64,000 nucleotides of DNA from Anaeramoeba ignava BMAN (GCA_028826165.1 JAPDFW010000071.1:1-64000), one strand, 5' to 3'. Shown: positions 12,404 through 28,978, numbered from the stretch's first letter. The notes: generated by a model not told the origin, from the letters alone. Numbers and translations are program-made.

Positions 12404-12980
12404 TTTATTAAATTATTGGAAATAATTTTATATTATTTTAAATAAAGAAATATTAATAAAATATATAAAATAGAATTAATTTTAAGTTTAATTATTTAAT
12501 ATTCTTTATTCCATTTTTGAAATAAATTAATTAAAAGATTTTATTAATTTTATTAAATATTGGGAATAATTTTATATTATTTTAAATAAAGAAATATTGA
12601 TAAATATATAAAATAGAATTACTTTTAAATTTAATTATTTAATATTCTTTATTCCATTTTTGAAATAAATTAATTAAGATATTTTTATTAATTTTATTAA
12701 ATTATTGGAAATAATTTTATTATTTTAAATAAAGAAAAATTAATAAAATATATAAAATAGAATTAATTTTAAGTTTAATTATTTAATATTCTTTATTCCA
12801 TTTTTGAAATAAATTAATGAAAAAGATTTTATTAATTTTATTAAATTATTGGGAATAATTTTATATTATTTTAAATAAATAAAAGTTGATAAAATATATA
12901 AAATATAATTAATTTTAAATTTAATTATTTAATATTATTTATTCCATTTTTGAAATAAATTAATGAAAAAGATTTTATTA
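12404..12980. repeat. ~144-bp tandem repeat, 4 copies
   Basis: 'ttattccatttttgaaataaatt' recurs with its 'cc' at 12511, 12654, 12798 and 12944. Confidence 0.85.
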
Positions 12981-13294
12981 TTGAAAGAAAAGAAAAACAA
13001 TATAAATTCCCTAAATTAATATTAATAATGAGAAGTGAATTATATCGAGGAATGTTTTTATCTATTACAAATGATACTTCTAATAAAGTTACAGATTATA
13101 GTGAATTAAGTAATAAATCATTTCAAATATTTGAATATTGGATTTATTCAAATCAAATTAAAGATGAAATTGAAATTACAAAAGAAATGATTAATGAAAT
13201 TGAAATTGGAATTGATTATTTTCAATTAAATCAAACAAATCCAAATTTATTTGATTTATTAATTAAGAAATTTAATAATCAAAATCAAAATTAA
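12962..13294 (+). pseudogene. 5'-truncated RCC1-BTB paralog (last BTB half only)
   Basis: NEKDFIIERKEKQYKFPKLILIMRSELYRGMF...FNNQNQN* matches the paralog C-termini. Upstream is tandem repeat instead of the RCC1 domain. Confidence 0.75.
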
Positions 13295-13335
13295 AATCAA
13301 AATTAAAATTAAAATTAAAATTAAAAATCATAAAA

Positions 13336-16409
<3,074 letters not shown>

Positions 16410-16488
16410 TTTAATTATTTTTAAAATGAAAAAATGAAAAAAATGAAAAAAAAAAATTTCATTTTTCTTTTTTTAATTTTAAAAAAAA
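16410..16488. promoter_or_regulatory. 79-bp bidirectional promoter with TCATTT motifs on both strands
   Basis: Divergent ATGs at 16409(-) and 16489(+). (AAAATG)x3 faces the minus gene and TTCATTTTT faces the plus gene. Confidence 0.6.
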
Positions 16489-18832
16489 ATGCAAAATGAT
16501 AATGAAAATGATAACGAAATTGAAATTGAAATAGAAAATGATTCACAAGGATTTTCAAATGAAAGTTTTATTAATTCCGATTCAGAAATTTCATCAATAG
16601 AATTAGATGTAACAAATATTCCTGATGAAAATATGAAAGAAAAACAAAATGAAGAAGAAAAATATTTAGAAGAAAAAATAGAATTAAATCAAGAAGGATA
16701 TGAAATCAAAGAATATGAAGAAATTCCTGAAGAAAATAAAATATACGTTGGAAAAAAAACAAGATTTATTCAATTTGAAGAGGATGAATTTAAAGAGAAA
16801 AAAATAATTAAAGAAAATATTGAAAATTTAACAAAATCAGGTTATGTTGTTAGATGGAGATATAATGACAAAACAAAACAAAAGGAAAGCAACAGCAGAA
16901 TCGTCAAATGGTCTGATGGTTCTGTTCATTTGGTTATTGGAAGTGAATATGTTAATATTGAAAAATTGAAACATGATAATTCTCATTTATTTTGTTTGTC
17001 AAAAGAAAATAATTTACTTCTTTTTGAAAGAACTTTACTCGAAAAATTTAGTTATAAACCTGTTAGTTTGAATACTAAAATTCATCATGCTTTTTCAAGA
17101 GATATAAAAGAAAGGCATAAAGAAAAACCTAAATCAAGAATGTTAGTTCCAATTCAGGTTGAAAATCGTCAAGTAATTTTATAATTAATTTAATAATTTT
17201 ATCAATAATTTTATCAATAATTTTATAAATAATTTTATAAATAATTTTATTAATAATTTTATAAATAAATTTATATTTAATTTTATATTTAATTTTATAA
17301 ATAATTTTATAAATAATTTTATAAATAATTTTATAAATAATTTTATAAATAATTTTATTAATAATTTTATAATTAATTTTATAATTAATTTTATAATTAA
17401 TTTTATAATTAATTTTATAAATAATTTTATTAATAATTTTATAAATAATTTTATTAATAATTTTATAAATAATTTTATAAATAATTTTATTAATAATTTT
17501 ATAAATAATTTTATAAATAATTTTATATATAATTTTATAATTAATTTTATAAATAATTTTATTAATAATTTTATTAATAATTTTATATATAATTTTATAA
17601 GTAATTTTATATTTAATTTTATAAATAATTTTATATTTAATTTTATATTTAATTTTATAATTAATTTTATATTTAATTTTAAATAATTTTATATTTAATT
17701 TTATATTTAATTTTATAAATAAATTAATAATTAATTTTATATTTAATTTTAGATTTAATTTTATAAATAATTTTATATTTAATTTTATATTTAATTTTAT
17801 AAATAATTTTATTAATAATTTTATTAATAATTTTATAATTAATTTTATAAATAATTTTATTAATAATTTTATAAATAATTTTATAAATAATTTTATAAAT
17901 AATTTTATAAAATAATTTTATTAATAATTTTATAAATAATTTTATAAATAATTTTATAAATAATTTTATATTTAATTTTATAAATAATTTTATAAATAAT
18001 TTTATAAATAATTTTATAAATAATTTTATTAATAATTTTATAATTAAATTTATAAATAATTTTTATATTTAATTTTATAATTAATTTTATAATTAATTTT
18101 ATAATTAATTTTATAATTAATTTTATAATTAAATTTATAAATAATTTTAATATTTAATTTTATAAATAATTTTATATTTAATTTTATAAATAATTTTATA
18201 AATAAATTTATATTTAATTTTATATTTAATTTTTATAAATAATTTTATAAATAATTTTATAAATAATTTTATAAATAATTTTATAAATAATTTTATAAAT
18301 AATTTTATAATTTAATTTTATAAATAATTTAATATTTAATTTTTATATTTAATTTTATATTTAATTTTATATTTAATTTTTATATTTAATTTTATTAATA
18401 ATTTTTATATATAATTTTATAAATAATCTTATAAATAATTTTATTAATTTTATAAATAATCTTTATAAATAATTTTATTAATAATTTTATAAATAATTTT
18501 ATATATAATTTTATAAATAATTTTATAAATAATTTTATATATAATTTAATAAATAATTTTATAAATAATTTTATATTTAATTTTATAAATAATTTTATAT
18601 TTAATTTTATATTTAATTTTATAATTAATTTTATAAATAATTTTATATATAATTTTATAAATAATTTTATTAATAATTTTATTAATAATTTTATAAATAA
18701 TTTTATATTTAATTTTATAAATAATTTTATATTTAATTTTATATTTAATTTTATTAATAATTTTATATTTAATCTTATTTATTTTAGGTTACAAAAAAAT
18801 CAAAAACAAACAAACATTCAAAAAAGAAATAA
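16489..18832 (+). CDS. LEO1: RNA polymerase-associated PAF1 complex subunit Leo1; exons 16489-17172, 18788-18832
   Basis: Leo1 signature VVRWR..SNSRIVKWSDGSVHLVIG. GT at 17173, AG at 18786-87, short terminal exon VTKKSKTNKHSKKK*. Confidence 0.82.
17173..18787 (+). repeat. Intron composed of degenerate 12-mer (ATAAATAATTTT)n
   Basis: Directly visible; fills the LEO1 intron. Confidence 0.85.
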
Positions 18833-19464
18833 TCCTTTTCTCTTCTTCTTTCTTTTTATCCTTTTTTTTTCACTTTTTTCTTTGTTCCACTTTTTTTAAT
18901 TCAAAATTTTAAACTTAAAAAAAAAATCATTTTTTTGAATTAAATTAAATTTATTTTTTTTGGAATTTTTAAAAAAATGAAAAAGAAAAAAATTTAGAGA
19001 AAAAAATCCAAAAAAAAAACAATTTTAAATTTGAATTTGAATTTTAATTTTAATTTTGAATTTTGATTTTGATTTTGATTTTGATTTTAATTTTGATTTT
19101 AATTTTAATTTTAATTTAAATTTGAATTTTGATTTTAATTTTGAATTTTGATTTTGATTTTGATTTTGATTTTGATTTTGATTTTGATTTTGATTTTGAT
19201 TTTGATTTTGATTTTGATTTTGATTTTGATTTTGATTTTGATTTTGATTTTGATTTTATTTTGATTTTAATTTGAATTTGAATTTTAATTTTAATTTTGA
19301 ATTTTGATTTTGATTTTGATTTTGATTTTGATTTTGATTTTGATTTTGATTTTGATTTTGATTTTGATTTTGATTTTGATTTTGATTTTGATTTTGATTT
19401 TTATTTTGGTTTTTATTTGAATTTGAATTTTAATTTAATTTGAATTGAATTTTCTTTGTTAATT

Positions 19465-22400
19465 TTAATTTTTTATTAGATAATCAATATCTCCATATTT
19501 TTTTGGTAATTCATCAGGAATTTTTGAACTTTTCATCAAAACATTTCTTGATTTATAAGCAGGATAAATGATTCTAATTTTTTGATTTGTTTTTATTGCT
19601 TCTTGAATTAATTCTTTTTTTTGATTTGGAAAATATTTTGAAATATTTGAAATTATTTCTTTTGCATCATTTCCAAAATCCTTTCCAAAAAATTCAAACA
19701 TTGGAGAAATTTCAACTTTATAAGATTTTGACTATTAAATTTAAAAGAAAATTTTTTTTTCAATTAAAATTTTTTCAATTAAAATTTTTTCAATTAAATT
19801 TTTTTTTCACCTTCTTTTTTTCTTTTATAATTATTTCAACTTTTGAACACATTTCAAATCCTCCAACTTCTAATTGATGATCAATATTTTCAGGAAAAAA
19901 TACTCTTATTGGAGGTGAAAATTCTGATAAATTTGATAATACAAAATTAATTTTTGGATCCAATGGAACTACATATTTTTTACGAACATCATTTTCTCTA
20001 AAATAATCTTTTGAAGTTGAATTTTTTCCTGTATTATCTTTTATTTCAATATAAAATTATTTAATTATAAAATTATTTAATTTCAAAGTTATTTAATTAT
20101 AAATTATTTAATTATTTAATTATTTAATTATTAAATTATTTAATTTACTTCTAAGAATCCCATATTTTATATCATCTAAACAAAATTGAAGATCAGAAAT
20201 AATATATTTAAAATTTGTTCTATTATCCCTGTTTTGAATAGGTGGTCCATAAAGAATTGTTAAATGTAATAGCATAACATGATAAATATTAATGAAAAAA
20301 CATTTTAATTCATCTTTTCCCAAATCATCCAAAGAAATCTTTATTTCAATAAATAATTTTATATTTAATTTTATAAATAATTTTATATTTAATTTTATAA
20401 ATAATTTTATAAATAATTTTATAATTAATTTTATTTAATTTTATAAATAATTTTATAAATAATTTTATAAATAATTTTATAATTAATTTTATAAATAATT
20501 TTATAAATAATTTTATATTTAATTTTATTAATAATTTTATAAATAATTTTATAAATAATTTTATAAATAATTTTATAAATTTTTTATTTAATTTTATCAA
20601 TAATTTTTATTTAAAATTTAATTTTATATTTAATTTTATATTTAATTTTATAAATAATTTTATAAATAATTTTATAAATAATTTTATAAATAATTTATAA
20701 ATAATTTTATAAATAATTTTATAAATAATTTTATAAATAATTTTATAATTAATTTTATAAATAATTTTATAAATAATTTTATAAATAATTTTATATTTAA
20801 TTTTATAATTAATTTTATAAATAATTTTATAAATAATTTTATAAATAATTTTATAAATAATTTTATATTTAATTTTATAAATAATTTTATATTTAATTTT
20901 ATATTTAATAAATAAATAATTTTATTAATAATTTTATAAATAATTTTATAAATAATTTTATAAATAATTTTATAAATAATTTTATAAATAATTTTATAAA
21001 TAATTTTATAAATAATTTTATATTTAATTTTATAAATAATTTTATAATTAATTTTATAATTAATATTATATTTAATTTTATAATTAATTTTATAAATAAA
21101 TTTATAAACAATTTTATAAATAAATTTATATTTAATTTTATAAATAAATTTATATTTAATTTTATAAATAATTTTATTTGATACTTTTTTTAATTCACTT
21201 GAAAATACAACAAATCTCCTAAAAAGAACAGAATAAGAAACTTCTTCTAAATTAAAATCCTAAGAATAAAAAAAGCAATTTTAAAAAAAAATAATTTAAA
21301 AAATAAGTTTATAAAATAAATATAAAAAAATAAATAGTTTTTACTCGATCTCTTTCAATTGATTTTCTAATAATATGCAAAATAAATTGAAGTAAATGAA
21401 CAGCAACAAGATTTGGTTCTCTTGATTGAGTTCTCCATTCTCTATAATTCAGAATAGTTTTATCATAATTTCTATCAAGTATAATTTCATACTAAAAAAA
21501 TTTAATTTAAAATTTAATTTAAAATTTAATTGATAATTTAATTTAATATTTAATTCAAAATTTAATTTGAAAATTTAATTTAAAATTTAATTTAAAATTT
21601 AATTTAAAATTTAATTCAATATTTAATTTAAAATTTAATTGAAAATTTAATTTTTGATACATCTTGATATCTTGATTTAATTTCTTGTGCATCATTTTGA
21701 TATATTTTTATTTGTTCTAATTCAATTTTGTTTTGCATTTCTAAATAAGTTTGTGATTTAATAAATCTAGGAAAAATTGAATCATTTAACAATTCCAAAA
21801 CATGCTAAAAAATGTAAATTAATTTTGAATTTTAATTTTAATTTTATAATTAATTTTAATTTGAAATAAATTTACAATCAAAGATTTATCAAAACTGTGA
21901 AAATTTTTTGGAGTTTCTTTGATAATATCATTTGCAACATTTTGGTCAATATTAATTTCAAAAGGAGAATCTGGTAAAATATATTGTTCAATAATTGATT
22001 TAGCCAAAGATTCTACATCAATTTCTGAATTTTCATTATTTGATTCTTGATTTATAAAATGCATTTTATAAAGAGTAATCTATTGATAATTTAATTGATA
22101 ATTTAATTGAATTTTTTTTGTAAATTTAATTGAATTTTTTTTGTAAATTTAATTGTAAATTTAATTGATAATTTAATTGATAATTTAATTGATAATTTAA
22201 TTGATAATTTAATTGATTATTTAATTGATAATTTAATTGATAATTTAATTGATAATTTAATTAATAATTTAATTGATAATTTAATTGATAATTTAATTGA
22301 TAATTTAATTGATAATTTAATTGATAATTTAATTGATAATTTAATTGATAATTTAATTGATAATTTAATTGATAATTTAATTGATAATTTAATTGATAAT

Positions 22401-23111
22401 TTAATAGATAATTTAATTGATAATTTAATTGATAATTTAATTGATAATTTAATTGATAATTTAATTGATAATTTAATTGATAATTTAATTGATAATTGTA
22501 AATTTAATTGATAATTTAATTGATAATTTTAATTGATAATTTAATTGATAATTTAATTGATAATTTAATTGATAATTTAATTGTTAATTTAATTGATAAT
22601 TTAATTTAATTTAATTGATAATTTAATTGTAAATTTAATTGATAATTTAATTGACAAATTTAATTGATTTTTTTTAATTTTTAATTGTTAATTTAATTGA
22701 TAATTTAATTTTTAATAATTGATAATTTAATTGATAAATTTAATTGATAATTTAATTGATAATTTAATTGAATTTTAATTGATAATTTAATTGTTAATTT
22801 AATTGTTAATTTAATTGATAATTTAACTGTTAATTTAATTGTTAATTTAATTGATTTTTTTAATTAATTTTTTTTTTGTAAATTTTTTTTTTAAAAAATA
22901 CTTCAATATAAAAAAATATTAATTCTTTTGAATGTGTTTGAATGCAAAAATCTTTTAAAAATTCAAATTTGATTTTTTCTGAAAGAATTTCATAAAGTTC
23001 TTTTTTAACCGTTTCTTCAATTATTTTAAAAACTTTGTGGTTTTTTTCATTTGGAAAAACTGGATTTTTTTTTAAATCAAATTTTTCATTATCAAAACTT
23101 TCATTTCTCAT
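19465..23111 (-). CDS. RGS + DUF547 domain protein; exons 23111-22902, 22079-21876, 21804-21661, 21491-21345, 21259-21185, 20338-20149, 20037-19811, 19731-19465
   Basis: RGS: FLKDFCIQTHSKELIFFYIE..AKSIIEQYILPDSPFEINID..LLNDSIFPRFIKS. DUF547: ELKCFFINIYHVMLLH..YGPP..LDDIKYGILR..LDPKINFVL..SPPIRVF..FGKDFG. All splice phases are compatible. Confidence 0.75.
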
Positions 23112-23242
23112 TGTATTTTTTTATTATAAAAAAATTTGAAAAAAAAAAATAAATTTAGAAAAGAAAAAAATGAAAATAAATTTTTTTTTTAAATTTTTTT
23201 TTTCATTTTTTTTTTACATTTTGAAAATTTAAAAAGAATAAA

Positions 23243-24172
23243 ATGACAACTATTCAAAATGAAGAAGAAATTGAACTTGGAATTGAAAATGAAAATGAAA
23301 ATGAAAATGAAAATGAAAATGATAAAGTTCAAACACTTAAAAATACTATTCAAAATTTAAGAGAAAGAATAAAAGAAGCTAGAAAAGCAAATCATGAAAA
23401 AGTTGTTTTAGAAGATTTTCAAGAACATATTCCAATTAATTACACTAAAAAACAAATTCAAAAAGAAAAAAATCAAAAAAAACAAAAACAAAATCAAGAA
23501 TTAATTCAAAATGGAAAACTTAGAAAACAAGATCTTTATTCAAATTTAACTCAAGAACAAATTATTAAACAAAATAAAAAAAAAGGAAAAAAAATTAAAA
23601 AAAGAAAGAAATTTGGATGGGAAGAATTTAATTCAGATTATTTATTCAGAGAATTTAGAAATAAATCAAATCGTTATAAATCAAAATTATCAAAAGAATA
23701 TCTTGAACAAAAAATGAATGAAAAATTAAATGAAAAAAATGAAAAAAATCAAAATGAAAATGAAAAAGAAAAAGAAAATGAAAATGAAAAAGAAAAAGAA
23801 AAAGAAAAATTAGATTTAGTTCTTTTTGATAAAAATCAAAAAATCAAAAACAATTTAGTTAATGTTTATTATAAACAAAATCAAGATGAAAAAATTAAAG
23901 AATTACTTAATGTTTATGGAGGTAAAAAACAAGATAATCCAAAAGGAATTGAAAGATTAGTTAACGAAATAACAAGAAAAAAGAAAAGAAAAACTAAAAT
24001 TAAAAAAGATAATAATGATTATAATAAAAATGATGAAGATTATGATAAAATTGGAAATGAAGTTACTTATATTAATAAAGATAACAAAATTTTCAATCAA
24101 AGAATTGCTAAAAAATTTGATAAATATACTCAAGAAATAAGAGAAAACTTAGAAAGAGGAACTGCAATTTAA
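23243..24172 (+). CDS. SYF2: Pre-mRNA splicing factor SYF2 (NTC31)
   Basis: C-terminal hallmark VTYINKDNKIFNQRIAKKFDKYTQEIRENLERGTAI and N-terminal EARKANHEKVVLED. Confidence 0.88.
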   Translation: MTTIQNEEEIELGIENENENENENENDKVQTLKNTIQNLRERIKEARKANHEKVVLEDFQEHIPINYTKKQIQKEKNQKKQKQNQELIQNGKLRKQDLYSNLTQEQIIKQNKKKGKKIKKRKKFGWEEFNSDYLFREFRNKSNRYKSKLSKEYLEQKMNEKLNEKNEKNQNENEKEKENENEKEKEKEKLDLVLFDKNQKIKNNLVNVYYKQNQDEKIKELLNVYGGKKQDNPKGIERLVNEITRKKKRKTKIKKDNNDYNKNDEDYDKIGNEVTYINKDNKIFNQRIAKKFDKYTQEIRENLERGTAI

Positions 24173-24710
24173 TTCCAAAAAAAAGATACAATTTTTCTTC
24201 TTTTTTAAAATCAAAACAATATTTTTTCTTCTTTTGAAATAAAAACAAAAAAAATTTTAATTTTGATTTTGATTTTTAATTTTAATTTTAATTTTGATTT
24301 TAATTTTAATTTTAATTTTGATTTTAATTTTTTTAATTTGATTTTGAATTTGATTTTAATTTTGATTTTAATTTTGATTTTGATTTTGATTTTGATTTTG
24401 ATTTTGATTTTGATTTTGATTTTGATTTTTAATTTTGATTTTGATTTTGATTTTGATTTTGATTTTAATTTTAATTTTGATTTTGATTTTGATTTTAATT
24501 TTAATTTAATTTTGATTTTGATTTTGATTTTGATTTTAATTTTAATTTTGATTTTAATTTTGATTTTGATTTTAATTTTAATTTTGATTTTGATTTTAAT
24601 TTTAATTTTGATTTATTTTAATTTTAATTTTGATTTTAATTTTGAATTTTAATTTTTGATTTTGAATTTTAATTTTAATTTTGATTTTGGTTTTGAATTT
24701 GAATTTGGAT

Positions 24711-26501
24711 TTAATTTTGATTATTAAATTTAATAATTAATAAATCAAATAAATTTGGATTTGTTTGATTTAATTGAAAATAATCAATTCCAATTTCAAT
24801 CTCATCAATTATTTCTTGATTAATTTCAATTTCTTCTTTAATTTGATTTGAATAAATCCAATATTCAAATATTTGAAATGATTCGTTACTTAATTCACTA
24901 TAATCTGTAACTTTATTAGATTTATCTTCAGTAACAGATAAAAACATTCCTCGATATAATTCACTTCTCATTATTAATATTAATTTTGGAAATTTATATT
25001 GTTTTTCTTTTCTTTCAATTATAAAATCTTTTTCATTTTCATTTTCATTTTCATTTAAATAAATTCTTTTCATTGTTTCTTCAATTTTTTCATTTAAATT
25101 TATAATTTCTTTAATTTCAGAATATAATATTGGATTTATTTTGGAATTATTTGAATAAATCATTTCAAATATTTGATTTGATTCTTTAATTGATTTATTT
25201 GAAATAATTTCTTGAAGTTTTTCAATTTCATTTTGATTTAATCTATATTTCAATATTAATTTATGAGCTTTGATTATTTCTCCATTTTTGGTTTTAAATG
25301 AAATATTACAAAATTCTTTTCTTTCAAATAATTTTATCAAATCTTCTTCAAGATTGGAAAAAGAAGAAGGAGAATAATAAAGAAATGATTTTTCATTTTT
25401 ACAACAAACATGATAATTAGAAATATTTTCATTAAATCTTAATTTAGGAAGTTCAATTTGAATTGGAATTGATTGAGTATTTATATCTCCAGTTCCTAAT
25501 TGGCCATATTCATTATCTCCAAATGCTATTAATTTCCCTTTTTGAGTTAAAATCAAAGTATGTCTATTTCCACTATCAAAATCAATAATATCATCATTTT
25601 CAAATAAAGATGATTTGATTTCAGTAAATTCATGAGTACATCCATCAGTTTTACCAAGTCCATTATATTCATAATATCCACATGAATAAAGTTTTCTTTT
25701 TGAATTTTCATCTTCAATCAACATTATTGAAAAAGTATATCCACATTGAATATCAATTATTTTGCCTTTTGGAATATTTTGGATTTTGGTTAATTTTTGG
25801 ATTGTTTCTTCTTTTCTTGATTCTCCTAATCCGAATCTAGAATCATAATTATATCCGCATACAAATAATTCTTGATTTGAATTTAAAAGAAAAATACAAC
25901 TTGAAGAATTTCCTGAAAATATTTTAGAAACATTTTTCATCATTAAAATTGGTTTTTCTGTTTTTGGAAGTGTTTCAGTATCTAAACCAAGTTGACCAAA
26001 TTCATTTGAACCAATTCCATAAACTATATTATTTGAAGTTAATAAGTAAATCGATTCAGCAGAACAAACAATATCTTGAATTATTCTATCATTTATATCT
26101 TCAATTAATGATGAAATATTGATAAATTCTTTTGGATTTTTTGAATTAATATTTCTTCCTTTTGCAAATACATTTCCTTCTATTGTTAAAACAGCTTCAT
26201 TTTCACCTCCAACACTTATTTTTTGAATATTTTCTTCAATTTGGATTTTTTCAGGATTTTGATCTTGAGTTAGAAATGATATATCTAGATATTCTATTGC
26301 TTTTCCATTTTCAAAAAGTAAACTTGTTCCATAATAACCTGTTGAAATTTGTTTAATTTGTTTTTCATTTTCATTTTCATTTTCATTTTCATTTTCATTT
26401 TCATTTTCAAATTTAAATTGAATTGGTTTTGTTATTTTTTCTGGTTCATTTTTTATAAGTTCTGGATATTTATTTCTTCCAAAAAATAAAATTTCATTCA
26501 T
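24711..26501 (-). CDS. RCC1-repeat + tandem BTB-like protein (paralog 4)
   Basis: 596 aa ORF with the same motifs. Confidence 0.85.
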   Translation of the reverse strand: MNEILFFGRNKYPELIKNEPEKITKPIQFKFENENENENENENENEKQIKQISTGYYGTSLLFENGKAIEYLDISFLTQDQNPEKIQIEENIQKISVGGENEAVLTIEGNVFAKGRNINSKNPKEFINISSLIEDINDRIIQDIVCSAESIYLLTSNNIVYGIGSNEFGQLGLDTETLPKTEKPILMMKNVSKIFSGNSSSCIFLLNSNQELFVCGYNYDSRFGLGESRKEETIQKLTKIQNIPKGKIIDIQCGYTFSIMLIEDENSKRKLYSCGYYEYNGLGKTDGCTHEFTEIKSSLFENDDIIDFDSGNRHTLILTQKGKLIAFGDNEYGQLGTGDINTQSIPIQIELPKLRFNENISNYHVCCKNEKSFLYYSPSSFSNLEEDLIKLFERKEFCNISFKTKNGEIIKAHKLILKYRLNQNEIEKLQEIISNKSIKESNQIFEMIYSNNSKINPILYSEIKEIINLNEKIEETMKRIYLNENENENEKDFIIERKEKQYKFPKLILIMRSELYRGMFLSVTEDKSNKVTDYSELSNESFQIFEYWIYSNQIKEEIEINQEIIDEIEIGIDYFQLNQTNPNLFDLLIIKFNNQN

Positions 26502-27049
26502 TTTCTTTTTTTAATTTTTTTTTAATTTTTTTGAAATGAAAAAATGAAAAAATGAAAAAATGGAAAAATTATTTTTTTTTTGAATTTTGGATTAATTAAT
26601 GATATTTTCTCATTTCTTTTTGATTTTAATTTTCATTTTGATTTTGATTTTAATTTTGGTTTTGATTTTAATTTTAATTTTAATTTTAATTTTAATTTTG
26701 ATTTTATTTTTAATTTTAATTTTAATTTTAATTTTAATTTTAATTTTGATTTTAATTTTAATTTTAATTTTAATTTTGATTTTGATTTTAATTTTGATTT
26801 TAATTTTAATTTTAATTTTAATTTTAATTTTTAATTTTAATTTTAATTTTGATTTTAATTTTGAATTTGATTTTGAATTTGATTTTAATTTTGATTTTGA
26901 TTTTGATTTTAATTTTGATTTTGAATTTGATTTTGAATTTGATTTTGAATTTGATTTTGAATTTGATTTTGAATTTAATTTTGATTTTGATTTTGATTTT
27001 GATTTTGATTTTGATTTTGATTTTGATTTTAATTTTGAATTTTGATTTT

Positions 27050-28978
27050 TTAGAAAATGAAACATTTTTCTTTTGGTTTATTTTTCTTTTGAATTTGAAT
27101 TTCATTTTGATTTTGATTTTGGATTTGATTTTGAATTTGAACTTGGATTTGATTTTGAATTTGAACTTGGATTTGATTTTGGTTTTGAATTTGAATTTGA
27201 TTTTGATTTTGATTTTGATTATTAAATTTGTTAATTAATAAATCAAATAAATTTGGATTTGTTTGATTTAATTGAAAATAATCAATTCCAATTTCAATCT
27301 CATCAATTATTTCTTTTGTAATTTCAATTTCATCTTTGATTTGATTTGAATAAATCCAATATTCTAATATTTGAAATGATTCGTTACTTAATTCACTATA
27401 ATCTGTAACTTTATTAGAAGTATCATTTGTTACAGATAAAAACATTCCTCGATATAATTCACTTCTCATTATTAATATTAATTTGGGAAATTTATATTGT
27501 TTTTCTTTTCTTTCAATTATAAAATCTTTTTCATTTTCATTTTCATTTTCATTTAAATAAATTCTTTTCATTGTTTCTTCAATTTTTTCATTGAAATTTA
27601 TAATTTCTTTAATTTCAAAATATAATTTTGGATTTATATTGGAATTGTTTGAATAAATCATTTCAAATATTTGATTTGATTCTTTAATTGATTTATTTGA
27701 AATAATTTCTTTAAGTTTTTCAATTTGATTTTGATTTTGATTTAATCTATATTTCAATATTAATTTATGAGCTTCAATTATTTCTCCATTTTCGGTTTTA
27801 AATGAAATATTACAAAATTCTTTTCTTTCAAATAATTTTATCAAATCTTCTTCAAGATTGGAAAAATAAGAAGGAGAATAATAAAGAAAAGATTTTTCAT
27901 TTTTACAACAAACATGATAATTAGAAATATCTTCATTAAATCTTAATTTAGGAATTTCAATTTGAATTGGAATTAATTGATTATTTATATCTCCAGTTCC
28001 TAATTGGCCATATTCATTATCTCCAAATACTATCAATTTCCCTTTTTGAGTTAAAATCAAAGTATGTCTATTTCCACTATCAAAATCAATAATATCATCA
28101 TTTTCAAATAAAGATGATTTGATTTCAGTAAATTCATGAGTAGTTACAGTTTTACCAAGTCCATTATATTCATAATATCCACATGAATAAAGTTTTCTTT
28201 TTGAATTTTCATCTTCAATCATCATTATTGAAAAAGTATATCCAGATTGAATATCAATTATTTTGCCTTTTGGAATATTTTGGATTTTGATTAATTTATT
28301 TATATCTTCATATTTTAATGATACTCCTAATCCGAATCTAGAATTGTAATTATATCCGCATACAAATAATTCTTGATTTGAATTTAAAAGAAAAATACAA
28401 CTTGAAGAATTTCCTGAAAATATTTTAGAAACATTTTTCATCATTAAAATTGGTTTTTCTGTTTTTTGAAGTGTTTCAGAATCAAAACCAAGTTGGGAAT
28501 GAGAGTTTGAACCAATTCCGTAAACATTTTGACTTGAAGTTAATAAGTAAATTGCATCAGAAGAACAAACAATATCTTGAATTATTCTATCATTTATATC
28601 TTCAATTAATAATGAAATATTGATAAATTCTTTTGGATTTTTTGAATTAATATTTTTTCCTTTGGCAAATACATTTCCTTCTATTGTTAAAATAGCTTCA
28701 TTTTCACCTCCAACACTTATTTTTTGAATATTTTCTTCAATTTGGATTTTTGAAGGATTTTGATCTTGAGTTAGAAATGATATATCTAGATATTCTATTG
28801 CTTTTCCATTTTCAAAAAGTAAACTTGTTCCATAATAACCTGTTGAAATTTGTTTAATTTGTTTTTCATTTTCATTTTCATTTTCAAATTTAAATTGAAT
28901 TGGTTTTGTTATTATTTCTGGTTCATTTTTTATAAGTTCTGGATATTTATTTCTTCCAAAAAATAAAATTTCATTCAT
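27050..28978 (-). CDS. RCC1-repeat + tandem BTB-like protein (paralog 5), C-terminal extension through microsatellite
   Basis: 642 aa ORF, close twin of paralog 4. Confidence 0.85.
   Translation of the reverse strand: MNEILFFGRNKYPELIKNEPEIITKPIQFKFENENENEKQIKQISTGYYGTSLLFENGKAIEYLDISFLTQDQNPSKIQIEENIQKISVGGENEAILTIEGNVFAKGKNINSKNPKEFINISLLIEDINDRIIQDIVCSSDAIYLLTSSQNVYGIGSNSHSQLGFDSETLQKTEKPILMMKNVSKIFSGNSSSCIFLLNSNQELFVCGYNYNSRFGLGVSLKYEDINKLIKIQNIPKGKIIDIQSGYTFSIMMIEDENSKRKLYSCGYYEYNGLGKTVTTHEFTEIKSSLFENDDIIDFDSGNRHTLILTQKGKLIVFGDNEYGQLGTGDINNQLIPIQIEIPKLRFNEDISNYHVCCKNEKSFLYYSPSYFSNLEEDLIKLFERKEFCNISFKTENGEIIEAHKLILKYRLNQNQNQIEKLKEIISNKSIKESNQIFEMIYSNNSNINPKLYFEIKEIINFNEKIEETMKRIYLNENENENEKDFIIERKEKQYKFPKLILIMRSELYRGMFLSVTNDTSNKVTDYSELSNESFQILEYWIYSNQIKDEIEITKEIIDEIEIGIDYFQLNQTNPNLFDLLINKFNNQNQNQNQIQIQNQNQIQVQIQNQIQVQIQNQIQNQNQNEIQIQKKNKPKEKCFIF

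Noticed and set aside
8893-12980. CRISPR-like array or terminal inverted repeats
   Set aside because: Units are contiguous without unique spacers, the context is eukaryotic, and I could not align the two arrays as inverted copies.
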